From Nymphon striatum (taxonomy: Eukaryota), in NCBI GenBank assembly GCA_016618385.1, contig JABFOP010000159.1:502555-566554 (forward strand): 64,000 nucleotides of DNA, given 5' to 3'. Shown piece after piece: positions 1 through 12,193 of this stretch. The notes beneath the pieces are model-generated. The model searched no databases. It had not been told where the DNA came from and saw only the letters and a program-made list of their open reading frames with translations. The position numbers and the translations under genes were made by a program. Numbering within the stretch: position 1 is the stretch's first letter; each line of letters begins with the position of its first letter.

Positions 1-427
1 ATTAGGTTCCTTGTGCCTTAAAACATATGTTTAGACACTTTATTTGTAATTTTAGCTTATCTGGTTGCAAAGTTATGACAAAATTGGAACTTGCGGCTAT
101 TTTGGACGCTATCTTGATTTTTGGAGAGAGCTCCAGGGGGATTTATGGGGACTTTTAGTATGTTACTCTACACATATTCCTGGACCTATCCTGAAAAATT
201 CAGCTTGTTATGAGCGATGTCCAGGTTTAGCCTTATTTCGTCTAATGCTCTTGGCCTATTTTGTGACTGCTGCCATTGATTTTATGGTCTGTTTTAGCTT
301 AAAATGAAATTCCTCAGGCCAAAGCTTTTCATATTTCTGTAGTTTTTCTTCACCTTGTTCTACTGCATTTTGGACATTTACTAATGGGTGGTCCATAACC
401 CTTCTTGAGTAAATATCAATAAGCCCT

Positions 428-805
428 TTAACTGGATACTACATCAAATATATCAACAGATGTTGAAATTACATCACGAATCTTGAGCCTGTCAGCCGCA
501 TCTGCCTTCATACGTGTAAGTTGCTCTTCCTTGTGATAGATGACAGCATTCTGCACATCCTCATCTTCCATTGCTTCAAGATCAGCCTTCATTTGTCCAA
601 TAACACTTTGGGAATAGGTCCATACTGCCAGAGTAGATTCATCAAGCGTTGAACCAATAATACTAGAAGGTCCATGACTATGTCGCATATATGTCGTTTC
701 AATAAAGAGATCAGACCAAATAGCATTCCACAAGCTATTTCTATGTCGCATAACGTGATTCCCGCTCATAAATTGCTTTAGAACTGTGGGATCGAGTTGC
801 TGCAT
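428..805 (-). CDS. coding fragment of the same minus-strand gene or TE ORF (part 2; HxxRH and downstream Tyr motifs)
   Basis: This is a 125-aa open frame: ..FMSGNHVMRHRNSLWNAIWSDLFIETTYMRHSHGPSSIIGSTLDE... HVMRH matches the HxxRH box II of tyrosine recombinases. TTYMRH resembles the catalytic-Tyr context T..Y.H. The exon-like ORF is 240 bp from the previous one on the same strand. Confidence 0.35.
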   Translation of the reverse strand: MQQLDPTVLKQFMSGNHVMRHRNSLWNAIWSDLFIETTYMRHSHGPSSIIGSTLDESTLAVWTYSQSVIGQMKADLEAMEDEDVQNAVIYHKEEQLTRMKADAADRLKIRDVISTSVDIFDVVSS

Positions 806-1044
806 TGTCTAAAGATAATAAAGACCGTAACATGCATAATTAAAATGGTTAGCGCAAAGAAATATGGCAGCACCTTTCTCACAGATAATACGTGAAGTGG
901 CCAGTCAGCTTCTCTTTCAGCACGAATGAATTGCGTTATAATAAACATGGGTTTTATTGAACAGTCAATCCATAATTTTGTCGTTTGGCTTTTCTTACTC
1001 TTGGCCTCTAACAGTGCTTATAAAGCCGACATGCTTTGAATCTT

Positions 1045-1338
1045 CTAGTTTTCTTCACTAATACTCAGCAATGGATGTAGCAATTCCTCGGTAATAATAC
1101 GTAGTGCTCTAACATTCTGGTGAAACTTTTTGCCAGGAAGAAGTTTAGGAACACCAGCAAATGTAGATTTAAGAATGTCTTCGAGACCAGTGCCTGCCAT
1201 AAAATTTCCAACAGCTCCAACAAAACTCATAAGCATATGCATGCCTCCTAATCTAGCTAGGAATACATTTTTTAAACACATAATCTTTGTAGACCTTACT
1301 AGTGTACGTTTACTTTGACCACAAATCAAGCATTCCAT
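1045..1338 (-). CDS. coding fragment of unidentified minus-strand gene or TE ORF (part 1; possible tyrosine-recombinase box I)
   Basis: This is a 97-aa open frame: ..SFVGAVGNFMAGTGLEDILKSTFAGVPKLLPGKKFHQNVRALRIITEELLHPLL. The segment ALRIITEELL resembles the TGlRisEl box I of tyrosine recombinases. I did not recognise an orthologue. Confidence 0.35.
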   Translation of the reverse strand: MECLICGQSKRTLVRSTKIMCLKNVFLARLGGMHMLMSFVGAVGNFMAGTGLEDILKSTFAGVPKLLPGKKFHQNVRALRIITEELLHPLLSISEEN

Positions 1339-2273
1339 TATTTATCTGCAAGACAGTCAAAAAAAATTACCACAAACAAAATTAAACAGGATTTTCTTAA
1401 AAACGAACTCAACTAATTCCTCAATTTTGGACGCCATTTTGAATGTTTGCGTTTCTGCAAAAATGCTCAAGGTTTAGAGACTGGCATCCATCAGATTTGG
1501 AATCAGCGCCGAAAAATTGTATAGAAACAAGAAAAAAAGTTTATAAGGTTGTCAAAATTTATCATATACTCCCACTCGGACTATACTTGTAAAAGTAAAA
1601 CAGTTTCATTTGACAACATATATGAACAGTTGTCTTAAAAAATCTGGATAACTTTAAAAATTAAAATAATTTAAACCAGATTTGAAATAAAATAATGACA
1701 TTTGTCAAGGTATATTAGATTACATAACTGTGATGAAATCTTGCATGAGGGACCACTGACCTATCATGGCTATGTGAGGGACATCAATTTATTTTAGAAC
1801 ATACGCCCGAAGAAAAGTCAAAGTTTTGTGAAAATGTATAATTTGACATGATTGAATATATATAAATATATCATTGTTTTGAAGGGCTGTATTTATCGCT
1901 ATCAACAGGTAAATTGACCTAAATTTATGTTCTTATTCATAAGGTCGAATTTAGTTTAAAAATTGATTTAGCATGATTAGTTAGTTTACTTCAAAAAATG
2001 GTTTTGTTGTTGTTCGACAGAGCATAATTTTGGAAGATTTGTGCAGTTTTGTGTGAACTTAAAATTAAGCTCGGAGTGCTGTTTCACAGCTGATCATTCA
2101 TCCACTTTATTTTCAAGAGACGTGAACAATCAATTTATTTAACATTTACTGGAGACTACAGGTTGTTATGTAAAATAGTTTGAATACATATTGAATTATG
2201 ACTTTTATAAAGTTTTGTTTTGTTTGTTGTAGCGACTGTTACATATCAGCTCAAATTGAGCTTAATACCGCAC

Positions 2274-2345
2274 TCCTCCGTAGTATAGTGGTTAACACGC
2301 TTAGCTCATGAGTTGGGAGACGGGGGTTAGATTCCCGCTGGAGGA
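2274..2345 (+). tRNA. tRNA-like sequence, copy 1 (anticodon-loop CU-CAU-GA, Met-like; probable pseudogene or SINE head)
   Basis: This is a 72-nt unit. The acceptor stem is TCCTCCG/TGGAGGA. It has a box-A-like TAGTATAGTGGTTAA and a T-loop-like GGTTAGATTCC. The D and anticodon stems are imperfect. Confidence 0.35.
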
Positions 2346-2410
2346 AAAGGGGAGTCGTCACTCATGTAGCAACTGCTACATATCAGCTCGAATTGAGCTT
2401 AATACCGCAC

Positions 2411-2482
2411 TCCTCCGTGGTATAGTGGTTAACATGCTTGGCTCATGAGTTGGGAGACACGGGTTCGATTCCTGCCGGAAGA
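2411..2482 (+). tRNA. tRNA-like sequence, copy 2 (tandem repeat of copy 1, 137-bp period)
   Basis: This copy has a canonical B-box GGTTCGATTCC. The acceptor stem is TCCTCCG/CGGAAGA with one mismatch. The same 45-bp spacer (CTACATATCAGCTCGAATTGAGCTTAATA) precedes both copies. Confidence 0.35.
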
Positions 2483-3639
2483 AAATCTTGAGGTACCTTT
2501 AATAAAGACTCTTAATAACGGTTTCTCTCTTTACTTACTATAACTTACTTACTCACAAAGGCGATTAGTATTCAGCACTATTATTATCTACATATATATA
2601 TTATTTACTATTATTAACATTAGGTTCAAATCCTTAGCCATTAGAGATTGCATACTAGTACTATTCGATAACACTGCTACTAGCACTTTCGCTAATGCAC
2701 ACTTATCTAGGTAAGGCCTAAAAATCCTAATATACAATAGAAGTTCATATCCGGTACTATGGAGAGTGAACCTTCTATATGTTTATTGATTTGTAGCTAT
2801 GGCATGTAGCTTGTAAGTTGTAGTGTATAGTAGGTGTGGATTACCTGGTTGTAGATATTGTCTGCCGTTGTAGCAACGACTACGTGAAGTAAAAAGGGGC
2901 AACAAGTGAGATACATTTGAGGGTTTAAAATGTTCTGATTTATTTTACAAATACATACTGCTTATGAAGAGCTTATGCTTTTTAGAAGAGACATGTGATA
3001 TTTAAACAATATGTTACGTGCAATCTCACATTTTGCGCCATTTCACAGATCTCTCAAGATACTTTGAAATCAGCAAGTGCACAATTTGAAATCACTGCAA
3101 TTTTATTTTATTGTTAATTTGTTTATCTGTGTTACTATTTTTGAGAATTTTGGTGCAAAATGTCACGTGCTAACGTTGGTTGTCTTACTATGTTTATCTC
3201 TCTCATTTCAATTTCACTGTTCAGAAATCTAAAATCTGTCAGCAGTGTCTGCCAGAGAGATTTGTAGGCCTGCATGCCAATGTGACCCCGGTGACAATTG
3301 TAATATCATTACGTCTTTTCACAAAAAGGCCTGCATTTCGCAAATGTAAAATTAAAAGTAACTGCTTCTAATAAAAATTAAAGCCAAAGATATGGTTTTT
3401 AAAGCCATTTATATTTAAAATAAAAAAACATGACAAACGTTTCAGCCATCTAGGCCATCATCAGTGATTAACAAAAATAGAAGTAACTGCTTCTTTTTCA
3501 CACTGCCATCTACTGGAAGCATTTGAATATATTGTTTTGACAAGTAAACCCTATTTACAATCTAATACACTGCCATCTTTTGTGAGTTTTTGAAAATAAT
3601 TACTTGACATGCACTAAAACGACAAGCGACAAAATATAG

Positions 3640-3959
3640 GTTTCGATCAGCCTAGATCGGAATAGGTTAAGTAAGGTTTGTTCGATTACAATAAATAGTT
3701 ATTATAATAACCTAATAATAATAATTGGAGGGTTAGGTTCCAAAGGAACCTGACTTAATCTAACCCTACACTCCTAACCTAATCCTTCAATTATTAAGGT
3801 AAATTAGTTAGTTAAATCCTATATTTCAATTAGAGAATTACAGTAAATAATAATAATTGAAGGGTTAGGTTAGAAGTGTTAGGTTAGGTTTTTATAATAC
3901 ATATTTATTGTAATCGAACAAACATTACTTAACCTATTCCAAACTATGCTGATCGAAAC
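3640..3959. mobile_element. MITE (about 320 bp) with about 55-bp terminal inverted repeats
   Basis: GTTTCGATCAGCCTAGATCGGAATAGGTTAAGTAAGGTTTGTTCGATTACAATAAATA at 3640 is the reverse complement of TATTTATTGTAATCGAACAAACATTACTTAACCTATTCCAAACTATGCTGATCGAAAC ending at 3959. The element has internal GGGTTAGGTT repeats. Confidence 0.6.
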
Positions 3960-4360
3960 TATTAAAAAAAAAAAAAAACATACGATCTAGAAATGAAGAA
4001 CAAGCGCCATTATGATTATCGTAAGGTACAACAACAACATGCCTGTCGTCTGTTCGTTGTAAGTTTCATAACAATCGGTCAGAACGACTCATTTTTTGAC
4101 TAACATAACCGTAAATAGCATCAATTTTGTAGTAGCAGCCTTTCTTTTATTTCTCTGATTAGTCCGAGCATACTGAACCGTACGTCACTTCCCGAGTTCC
4201 AAAATGTTTGCTGAAGTTGGCATATTGAAGCCCCATACAGACTTGAAAATTATTAGAGCAAAACTCCAAAGATCCACACAATGCACGTAGTGTGGAGTAC
4301 CTGCTCGTAATATCAATAACAAAAAAGGATTTATAATACAGAAATGTTAAACTTCTGAAA

Positions 4361-5390
4361 AGTATGTTTATTTATGCACTCAATACTTAATTATACTAAA
4401 TCTTTTTGCATGAATTACTGCATCAATGCGGCTTGGCATGGAGGCGATCAGCCTGTGGCACTGCTGAGGTGTTATGGAAGCCCAGGTTCATTTGATAGCG
4501 GCCTTAAGCTCGTTTTTATTGTCGGGTCTGGTGCCTTTCATCTTCCTCTTGACAATACCCAGGACAGGCGAGTTGGCTGGCCAATCAAACACAGTAATAC
4601 CATAGTCAGCAAACCAGTTACTAGTAGTTTTAGCACTGTGGGCAGATGCCAAGTTCTGCTGGAAAAGGAAATATGTATCTCCTATAAAGTTTGTCAGCAG
4701 ATGGAAGCATGAAGTGCTCTAAAATCTACTGGTAGATGGCTGTGTTGAGTTTGGACTTGATAAAATACAGTGGACCAACATCAGTAGCACACTGGAGCAA
4801 CTTGGATTTTTTGTGCTTCTCCACTATTCCTCTGAACTCTGGGACCCTGATTTCCAAATGAAATGCAACATTTACTTTCATCTAAAAAGAGGACTTTAGG
4901 ACCACTGGATAACAGTCCAGTTCTTTTTTTTCCTTAGCCCAGGTAAGACGTTTCTGACATTGTCTCTGCTTCAGGAGTGGCATGACACTAAGAATGCGAC
5001 TCGTGTGTATTATTTCCTGGACACGTCTGTGCATGGTGGCTCTTGAATGATGCACTCAGTCCACTCTTTGTGAAACTCACCTAAGTTCTTGAATCAGCTT
5101 TTCTTGACAATATTCTCAAAGCTGCAGTCATCCCTGTTGTTTGTGGACATTTTCCTACCACACTTTTCCCTTCCAGTCAACCTCCCATAAATGTGCTTTG
5201 ATACAGGACTCTCTACGACAGCCAGCCATTTCAGCAATGATCTTCTGCAGTTTACACTCCTTGTGGAGGGTGTCTTTGAGTGTCTTCTGGACAACTGTCA
5301 AGTCAGCAGTCTTCCCGATGATTGTGGTTGTGCGTACAGAACCACATTGAGGGATTCATAGTATTAATACTGCATAAATAGTGATTTACT
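4361..5390 (-). mobile_element. Tc1/mariner-like DNA transposon remnant (internally deleted, frameshifted transposase)
   Basis: Minus-strand reading frames encode Tc1-type transposase segments. The plus-strand ORFs 4374-4712 and 5141-5350 are their antisense. The terminal inverted repeats are AGTATGTTTATTTATGCACTCAATACT at 4361 and AGTATTAATACTGCATAAATAGTGATT at about 5390. Confidence 0.5.
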
Positions 5391-5991
5391 CAAGCTTGAA
5401 ATTAAACATTCTAATATTTTGAAATGTGTTTTTTTTTAATCTACAGGCCGTAATTATCAAAATAAAAATAAAAAACTATTAGAAACATTTTAGTTTACAT
5501 GTAACAAGTCTGGAATATATACAATTTTCACTTTGTAAAATAACAGAAACAAAATATGGAACATTTTCACAATATTCTAATTTTTTGAGATGAACCTGTA
5601 TGAACCTGTATGAACCTGAGATTGTTACTAAAGCACCATTTTTTTTTTACTAACTTCACAATAAATTTTGGGCTTAATATTTAGCTTATTAAGTTAAAAT
5701 GTTATAAACACCAATAGACTAAGACACACATTTCATGATATGTTATTAGCCTTGAAACTTAAAGCATAAATTAGTTCTTGTAGAAGATAAAGTAGGCCGG
5801 CTTCTCTATTAAGATTTTTTTGCTGAAATGGTAGTAATGGTAGGTGTATTAATATACCATAATTTATTTGTCACACTTTCTTTATTATAATTATATTGAG
5901 ACTTGTATTTTATAAATATATTTGAATTTATAATGTCTTTGTAATTTCAGATTGCTTCTCTTGATTTGTTGCGGACTCAATTAACAGCAAA

Positions 5992-6141
5992 ATGAAGCTT
6001 TTGCCTAATTCAGTGAAAAATTCAGTTTTCAGCAAACAAACCTTCTTCTTAGACCTAACAAATGATGACAAATGCAACTTGAATGCTATCAAAGAAAAGA
6101 TTTTAAACAATGGTGGCTTTGTTACCACTAATCCATCAATA
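5992..6141 (+). CDS. PARP4: PARP4-like exon 1 (start codon; BRCT domain N-terminal half)
   Basis: The ORF from ATG 5992 encodes MKLLPNSVKNSVFSKQTFFLDLTNDDKCNLNAIKEKILNNGGFVTTNPSI. This resembles the human PARP4 BRCT N-terminus (..KKLQTDIKENGGKFSFSLNPQCTHII). The donor GTAATA lies at 6142 and the exon ends in phase 0. Confidence 0.6.
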
Positions 6142-6789
6142 GTAATAATTTGTGTTTTCTTTAAAATTGATTTATCTATTATATTAATTTATTAATGTAT
6201 TTAGACTTCATGAAGAAATGATTATTCTATTTATTAAGACCCCACGCCGCAAAAAAGTGTGCCAAATTTCAGCTGAGCTGGAAAAGTTGCAATAGTTTTT
6301 AATGTGTTTTGCTTTTTGCGACAAATTTACTACTTGAATATTACAGATGTGAAGTCGGAATTGAAATTGCTTCAGTAGATACAAAGTTATGGCTATTTTA
6401 GGTGTGGACCTTCAACTGCCTTTAAGTTGAAAATCTCTAGGAGAGCGCATTTCAACATCAAACAGCGATTCAGCATGATGTAGTTCCGAGGTTTTCAGGT
6501 TTCATTGTACCTACTAGGTACCATCTAATCAATCTTGTTCTTGTATCGTATTTTCTTAATTTCACTAAGTCTACTATTAATATATCAATTGGTGAATGTG
6601 TTGATCCTAAAATGATTAATTATTGAATTATAAGTTTGATTAATTTGACAAAGTTAAAGTTAACCTAAACAAAAGTTTTAATTTATTTCCAATTTGCTCT
6701 CTCTGCTATTACAAGGAAATTGTCAAATTTATTGTGTTGATTATGTTATATTCTGCAAAAAATGTCTATCCATTTCTTTTTTTCCTCAG

Positions 6790-6967
6790 TGCACTGCAAT
6801 CCTAAAGAGTAAGTCTAAAGGTGCAAAAAGATCTTCTTCTCATCCTGTTCTTTATCTTGACTATCTTGATGCTTGTTTACTGGAAAAGCGATGTGTGGAC
6901 TCTAATTTATTTGCATTTCCGGAAACTGAAGAAGAAGAACAATTCAGCAATGGTGTGATATCTACAG
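6790..6967 (+). CDS. PARP4: PARP4-like exon 2 (BRCT C-terminal half)
   Basis: A polypyrimidine tract and CAG acceptor lie at 6787-6789. The exon encodes CTAILKSKSKGAKRSSSHPVLYLDYLDACLLEKRCVDSNLFAFPETEEEEQFSNGVIST, which aligns to the human CTHIILDNADV..KSIREKRLLD region. The donor GTATGA is at 6968 and the exon ends in phase 1. Confidence 0.6.
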
Positions 6968-7147
6968 GTATGAATATTCAAATTGGTCATTCTATTACGT
7001 AACCATTACATTTTGTATGAGGCTTTTCATTTGTCTTTAGTTTTGAATAACATGTTAACAAAGCAATTTGAGTCAAATGGAGCAAAATGATGATGAGGAG
7101 CAGCACATGTTGTTGCCTAACATAAACAATGACAAAAAACAAACTAG

Positions 7148-7303
7148 TTATATCTTCTGTTTTCGAGATGCTGCAGCTGCTCAACAAATCCCAATTTCAA
7201 ATATCACAGGATTTCTGGAAGCCAGATAAATTGTTTGGTGCCCTTGTAGTGGATGATACAGCCAAATTCATTGGATCATTCAATGGAAAATCCCTAATCT
7301 CTG
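7148..7303 (+). CDS. PARP4: PARP4-like exon 3 (candidate; phase-1 symmetric, possibly cassette)
   Basis: The exon encodes VISSVFEMLQLLNKSQFQISQDFWKPDKLFGALVVDDTAKFIGSFNGKSLIS. This aligns to the human EFGMQNVEIPHLPQDFEVAKYNTLEKVGMEGGQEAVVVEL. The acceptor is AG at 7146-7147 and the donor GT at 7304. The exon is in phase 1 on both sides, so the gene still reads through if it is skipped. Confidence 0.4.
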
Positions 7304-8276
7304 GTAGAGAAGAATGTAAATTGAGAAGGGAATCTTTTTGCTGAATTGTGGGCTTTGTGGAGGCAATAAAAACGAATTCCATGGCATTCAACTGTACACA
7401 GGGTTCTCATTAGGAACCGGCCGCCAGCTTAAAAGGCTGCTTCAAAACGAACTCAGGCCGGTTCAAATCGACAAAAAAAAAAAAAATTATATCAAAGAAA
7501 TTTGTAAACATCCGGCCGGAAACCTAAATTTTACCCCTATCATGGTGAAAATAGCACAGAATGCACGATTTCACACCTAGAAATCAAAAATTTTCTGGGG
7601 AGCATGGCACTGGACCCCCCTAGCATGCTTTACATCTACGGTGCTCGCATGTTTGGGTCGAGCTTCAAATTATTTGAAAGCCTCTTACAAAATTTCTTAT
7701 TGAGAACCCTATGTATATGCTTACTACTCCACTCTATCAGAGTAGATATAGTGCTCAGTAGTATGAGGGTGGCTGCTAATCTGTGCTTCTGATAATACTG
7801 CTTGAATGGCATGAAGTTAGTACCTGCAAGTACCATTAGTTCATATTCGGAAAAGCAATCAGTAAATGAAAGGCTCTTTTGCCACAGTGAAAATTCTACA
7901 TAATCTTAAGTAGAAACCGTTCATAATTCAGAAATTAATCAAATTCCTCATTAAAAATTGCTATACACTCCTCTAGCACATACTAAAAGTATTGGCTTGT
8001 AGTTCTAACAGAGAAGCACTGCATTCAGTCGAATGAAAACGGCCTCCAGCTTGCCATAAACCCATGTGAGTTTAGTGCAATAAGGTTTAAAAAAAAAAAA
8101 TGGTAGTACTTGTTTCTGTTTGCTCCATCTAAAATTACTATCCACATGAATGGCTCATTATGAAATTGGAGTTGGTTTGTTAGAACCATTTAATGTTTAA
8201 AGAATAAGTCAGGAATTTTGAAATTTTTTATATTTGTCAACTTTTTTTTTTCTTCTTGATAATGTTTCGAATTTAG

Positions 8277-8395
8277 AATTTGTTAAACCAAGCGAAGAAA
8301 ATGAAGATGAAACAAATCTGGACTCTATTCATACTCAACCCTATATGGAAGCGTGTATTAAAAACTACGAATTATTAAAATCATTTGTTTTTAAG
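8277..8395 (+). CDS. PARP4: PARP4-like exon 4
   Basis: The acceptor is TTTAG at 8272-8276 (phase 1) and the donor GTAGGT at 8396 (phase 0). The exon encodes EFVKPSEENEDETNLDSIHTQPYMEACIKNYELLKSFVFK. It is acidic, has a clean ORF, and its splice phases are consistent with its neighbours. Confidence 0.5.
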
Positions 8396-10640
8396 GTAGG
8401 TAAAGTATATTATGCTTTACGTTTTTTTTTTTCAATATTGTTTCATTTATTTTGATCTATATTTTTCATCCTATTGATTATACAGTCAGAAAATATATAA
8501 TGTGATAAGCCCTTAGCATTAGAAGTAGTTCAAATTCTTAAATTTTATGAATTATGTATAGTCAGGGTTTGCAAAATACCAAAATACCAAGATACTTTGC
8601 CCTTTAGGTAATACAGTCAAAAAATCTACCTGCTTGATAGCCATTTATACTTGCCAAAATCCAAATTATCAAATTAAAATAACAGTTTCAAGGCCTGAGA
8701 ATTTCAGTTACATCAGGCTTGAGAATTTTAATTTTCACTTTCTCAAACTTTATTCAAGTGTTCCGGGCAATCAAATGGGTGATTTTAAAATCCCTGATTG
8801 TTTGTAAATTCAAACTTGCTAATTTTTCAGTCTAAAAAAAAATATTCTAGAAATGGAATACTGGAATTTCTGTTGACATAATTAAATTTTACAAATGATA
8901 TGAAATAATCTGCTGTGGTTCCATATGAATAAATTTATATTAATGTATCTAATTTTTAGGGTTTCTTATAATAAAACCTTTCCACAATCTCATCTTCAAC
9001 CCACTCTTTATGCTGTTTAGGTGGTGAGTACGGAAATCTTTCCAGTATGAGATTTGACCTCATTGCCATTACTGAAAACCAACAAAACCTTACAACTAAC
9101 ATTCTAATTAATTTGAGCTGACTATTTCTCTATGCATGGCTGAGAGACTGTATGCTGACAGCCCAGAAGCTATTATCTCCTCCACTTGCCTGTAGATATT
9201 TTTCATAATTCTCGTGTGACAAAAAATGTCAGAAGATAGATGATCAAAATGGATATGTAATTGAAAATTGGAAGTCCATATCATTATTCAAAATTTGTAA
9301 GATTTATGTATGTTTTGATTCATTATTCTAGTAAATATAGTAGTTATAATACTATAGACATTTGATGTCTACTCCCATAAGGGCTTTCTACCCTTGAATA
9401 GACCCATCAATTGTTTGATCAGTGTGAATCACCTTACCTAAGTTTCTAGGGAAAGTAGTGAAAAGTATATGATAATCCACCTAGTTGTGTACTTGAAGTT
9501 TTGATAATAGGATTTTTTCCAATTTTTTTTATAAACAAACTAGGCTGATCTACGTTTGCTTCATGCACAGTCAGGTTATTGTATAAGTCATTGCAGAAAG
9601 TTATTTACTAGGCAATAATTCTGTTACTAAGTAGATTAATAGCCGCCAATTATATTAGACAACATAGGGGAAAAGGTAGAAAAGCAATTTTAAAGTAATG
9701 TATTACAAGGTTATAATAAATTGATTAAATAAATTAATAGAAAAATATATTTACAGTTAATTGAAGTTAACAAATCTTCTTTAGTATTTCCTTTCAGGTA
9801 GTAATAAAAAAAGATGTTCCTCCTGCGAGGTAAACTTTTCTTAATTTCAAAATAGAGTAATCCAAAAGGGAGTGACTGGTATGGAATGAACATAGCTGGG
9901 GATTTTTTTATAGCAGTGTTGAATGAATTAAGCCGACAGGGCAAATTTCCCCCTCCCTCTCCTCTCTCTAGTGTGGGGTGAAAAACTACGCACGAACAGA
10001 CAGACAATATTATTTTAGTATATAAGATGCTCATCTGTTCCTAGCCTTCAATTAGTAAGCTTACTTGAAGTTTACAGGTAGCAACTCTATAACCTGTGTA
10101 ACCACTAAAAGATTAATGCTAGTTTTCCAATTAACCTGAGATAAATAGACAATGCCAGCCCCATCATTAGCATTGACAGGCTTTCAGTAGTATGTCATCA
10201 CATTGCCAATAGATCTATAGTGATGCCTCCTAGAAAATTCTAGAGTATTGAGGCAAAACCTGTTTCTACCCCCAAGTGACACCACAGTGTTTCATAGTGC
10301 CACCTAACTAACTGTATTTAAACCCTAGTCATCAATCTGTTCATTATCTTGTTGAACAAGATTCATACTTATAAATTAACATTTAGTCTGTTATTTCAAC
10401 TCTATTGTGACGCAGAACCTTCTGAACAACCAAACTTCCATTAGCTAACAGTACTAAAAGTAATACTTTATACTTTTTGACTGAAGCTACAGATCTGCCC
10501 ATGTATTATGATTGTCACTTTTTTCCTCGAAATTGTGCAGTGTAAGAACCATACCATGATATTTTATAATCTTTTATTTTTTATCGAACTTAATAATTTC
10601 ATGACAGTTAAATTTTAATATTATTTTTAAAATTGATCAG

Positions 10641-10742
10641 GATGCTGACCGGATTTGCGTTGTTGAGTTGCATGCTGAAATTTTTGAAAAGTTTTCTGCT
10701 AAACGATTTGCTATAATCCAGCACATGGATTATCTTTCAGAG
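10641..10742 (+). CDS. PARP4: PARP4-like exon 5
   Basis: The acceptor is GATCAG and the donor GTTTGT, with phase 0 on both sides. The exon encodes DADRICVVELHAEIFEKFSAKRFAIIQHMDYLSE. This resembles the human EAVVVELQCSRDS..RRQFAIKK. Confidence 0.55.
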
Positions 10743-11670
10743 GTTTGTTTTAGATTACTTTAATATCGTATTTTTGTCTTTATTAGTCCTTTCTTTTGTA
10801 CTGATATCCAGAGATGCCAACTGCTACGTAATTTTCGTTGTGACTACGGATTTATGCCTCAAAATATGGAACTGTGATTTTACCTTGAAAACTACGGATT
10901 TCCGCACATTTATCCTATTTTGTATGAAGCAAATTGCATTTTCCACCAATTTCCTAAATCTTATCTATCTGTATTTCCAAGTTATGGCTACCTCCATTTG
11001 TAAAATAACCTCAGGTTTGTCGAGTATTCGATTTTGCACTCTGATTGGTTAATATTATTATGGAACGGTGCAGAACTATTGACAAATAGAAAAAACCTTG
11101 ACTTTTCTTGTGTAGTGCAAGTGTCATTTCATATATAGTAAGCAACAAGACTCAAATGTAGAATGGTGTCTTCAAAGTAAAAAGAAGAAAGTTGTTTCAA
11201 ACCAAAAGTTTCTAGCTGAATATGCAGTTGAATTTCCTTGACACATTTTAACTGCAGTGAGTAAAGAGAGTACTTTTAAAGTTAGAAAATGGCGTTAGCG
11301 CAGGATTTTGATTTTTATAAAATGCTGTTTGCGCTCTATTTTGGGCAGCGAAATTAGTCGTTCACGTGATCATGGTTTGAGATCATGGTGAGTAGACAAG
11401 TATGTATTTTATTGAAGTATTGAATGTGACAATTAGAATAATAATATAAGTGTTAATATGATTCCTAAAACATACACTTTGTCATGAATAACATTTAATA
11501 TTAGGTGAAATTTAGTATGTGAAACACTACGCTTTACTAGTAGAAAACTATGCCTAGCGGGTAGCGCTGTCAGCATGTTGGCATCTCTGGATATCTGTTG
11601 GCATCAAAATCTAGTCATTATTTCAAATTTTATTATTTAATTTCCTAATTCTCTTCCTTGTATTTAGCAG

Positions 11671-11964
11671 TCTGGTTCAATTAGAAATAGAATGCTGGTT
11701 GTAGAAGATGGAGTAACTGCCGAAAGATTATATGAGATGCTTTATGATCAGTTATTACTTGTTGAGAAAATGGAAAGACATTATCATTGTCCACCTATTT
11801 GTATTGGAACTGAAAGTTTTCAGCAATATCAACAAGAGTGGAATGCGAATGCTGCAGTTTTGTCACCAAAAATTCTTGATTTGCTCAATTATCTTTGGCA
11901 AGAAGCTCATGGGGAGTTACAATCCCAGTTAGCCACACCACTCCAACAAATTACAATAAATAAA
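11671..11964 (+). CDS. PARP4: PARP4-like exon 6 (helical regulatory-like region)
   Basis: The exon encodes SGSIRNRMLVVEDGVTAERLYEMLYDQLLLVEKMERHYHC...LWQEAHGELQSQLATPLQQITINK. EDGVTAERLYEMLYDQLLLVEKMERHY aligns to the human EDASEYFENYIEELKKQGFLLREHF. LWQEAHGELQSQL aligns to IWAEALGHLEHML. The acceptor is CAG at 11668-11670 and the donor GTAATT at 11965. Confidence 0.7.
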
Positions 11965-12193
11965 GTAATTTCAATTAAATGCTTTTTTTTTATGACTAGT
12001 CTTTATATTGTTCCATTTTTACATTTTTTCTTACCCCATGTTTGCAAATATGTTATTCATAACTCATTCCTCTTTGATTTCTTTCAAAGAACACACTTTA
12101 GCTCTTGTAAATTTCACATAATTTCACATAATTTTATTAATAATCAAATATTTATAAGCTTAATTTAATAATCTATTTTTTTACATTATACAG

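Noticed and set aside
7338-7836. ORFs 7338-7580, 7604-7792 and 7636-7836 in PARP4 intron 3
   Set aside because: They have no splice-phase-compatible boundaries and no similarity to PARP4. The region contains repeat-like sequence (GGCCGGTTCAAATCGAC.., poly-A) and is probably TE-derived.
9711-10034. ORF 9711-10034 (-), 107 aa
   Set aside because: The composition is AT-driven with Ile, Leu, Phe and Tyr runs. It contains the poly-purine/pyrimidine tract CCCCCTCCCTCTCCTCTCTCT and shows no similarity to anything in the gene.
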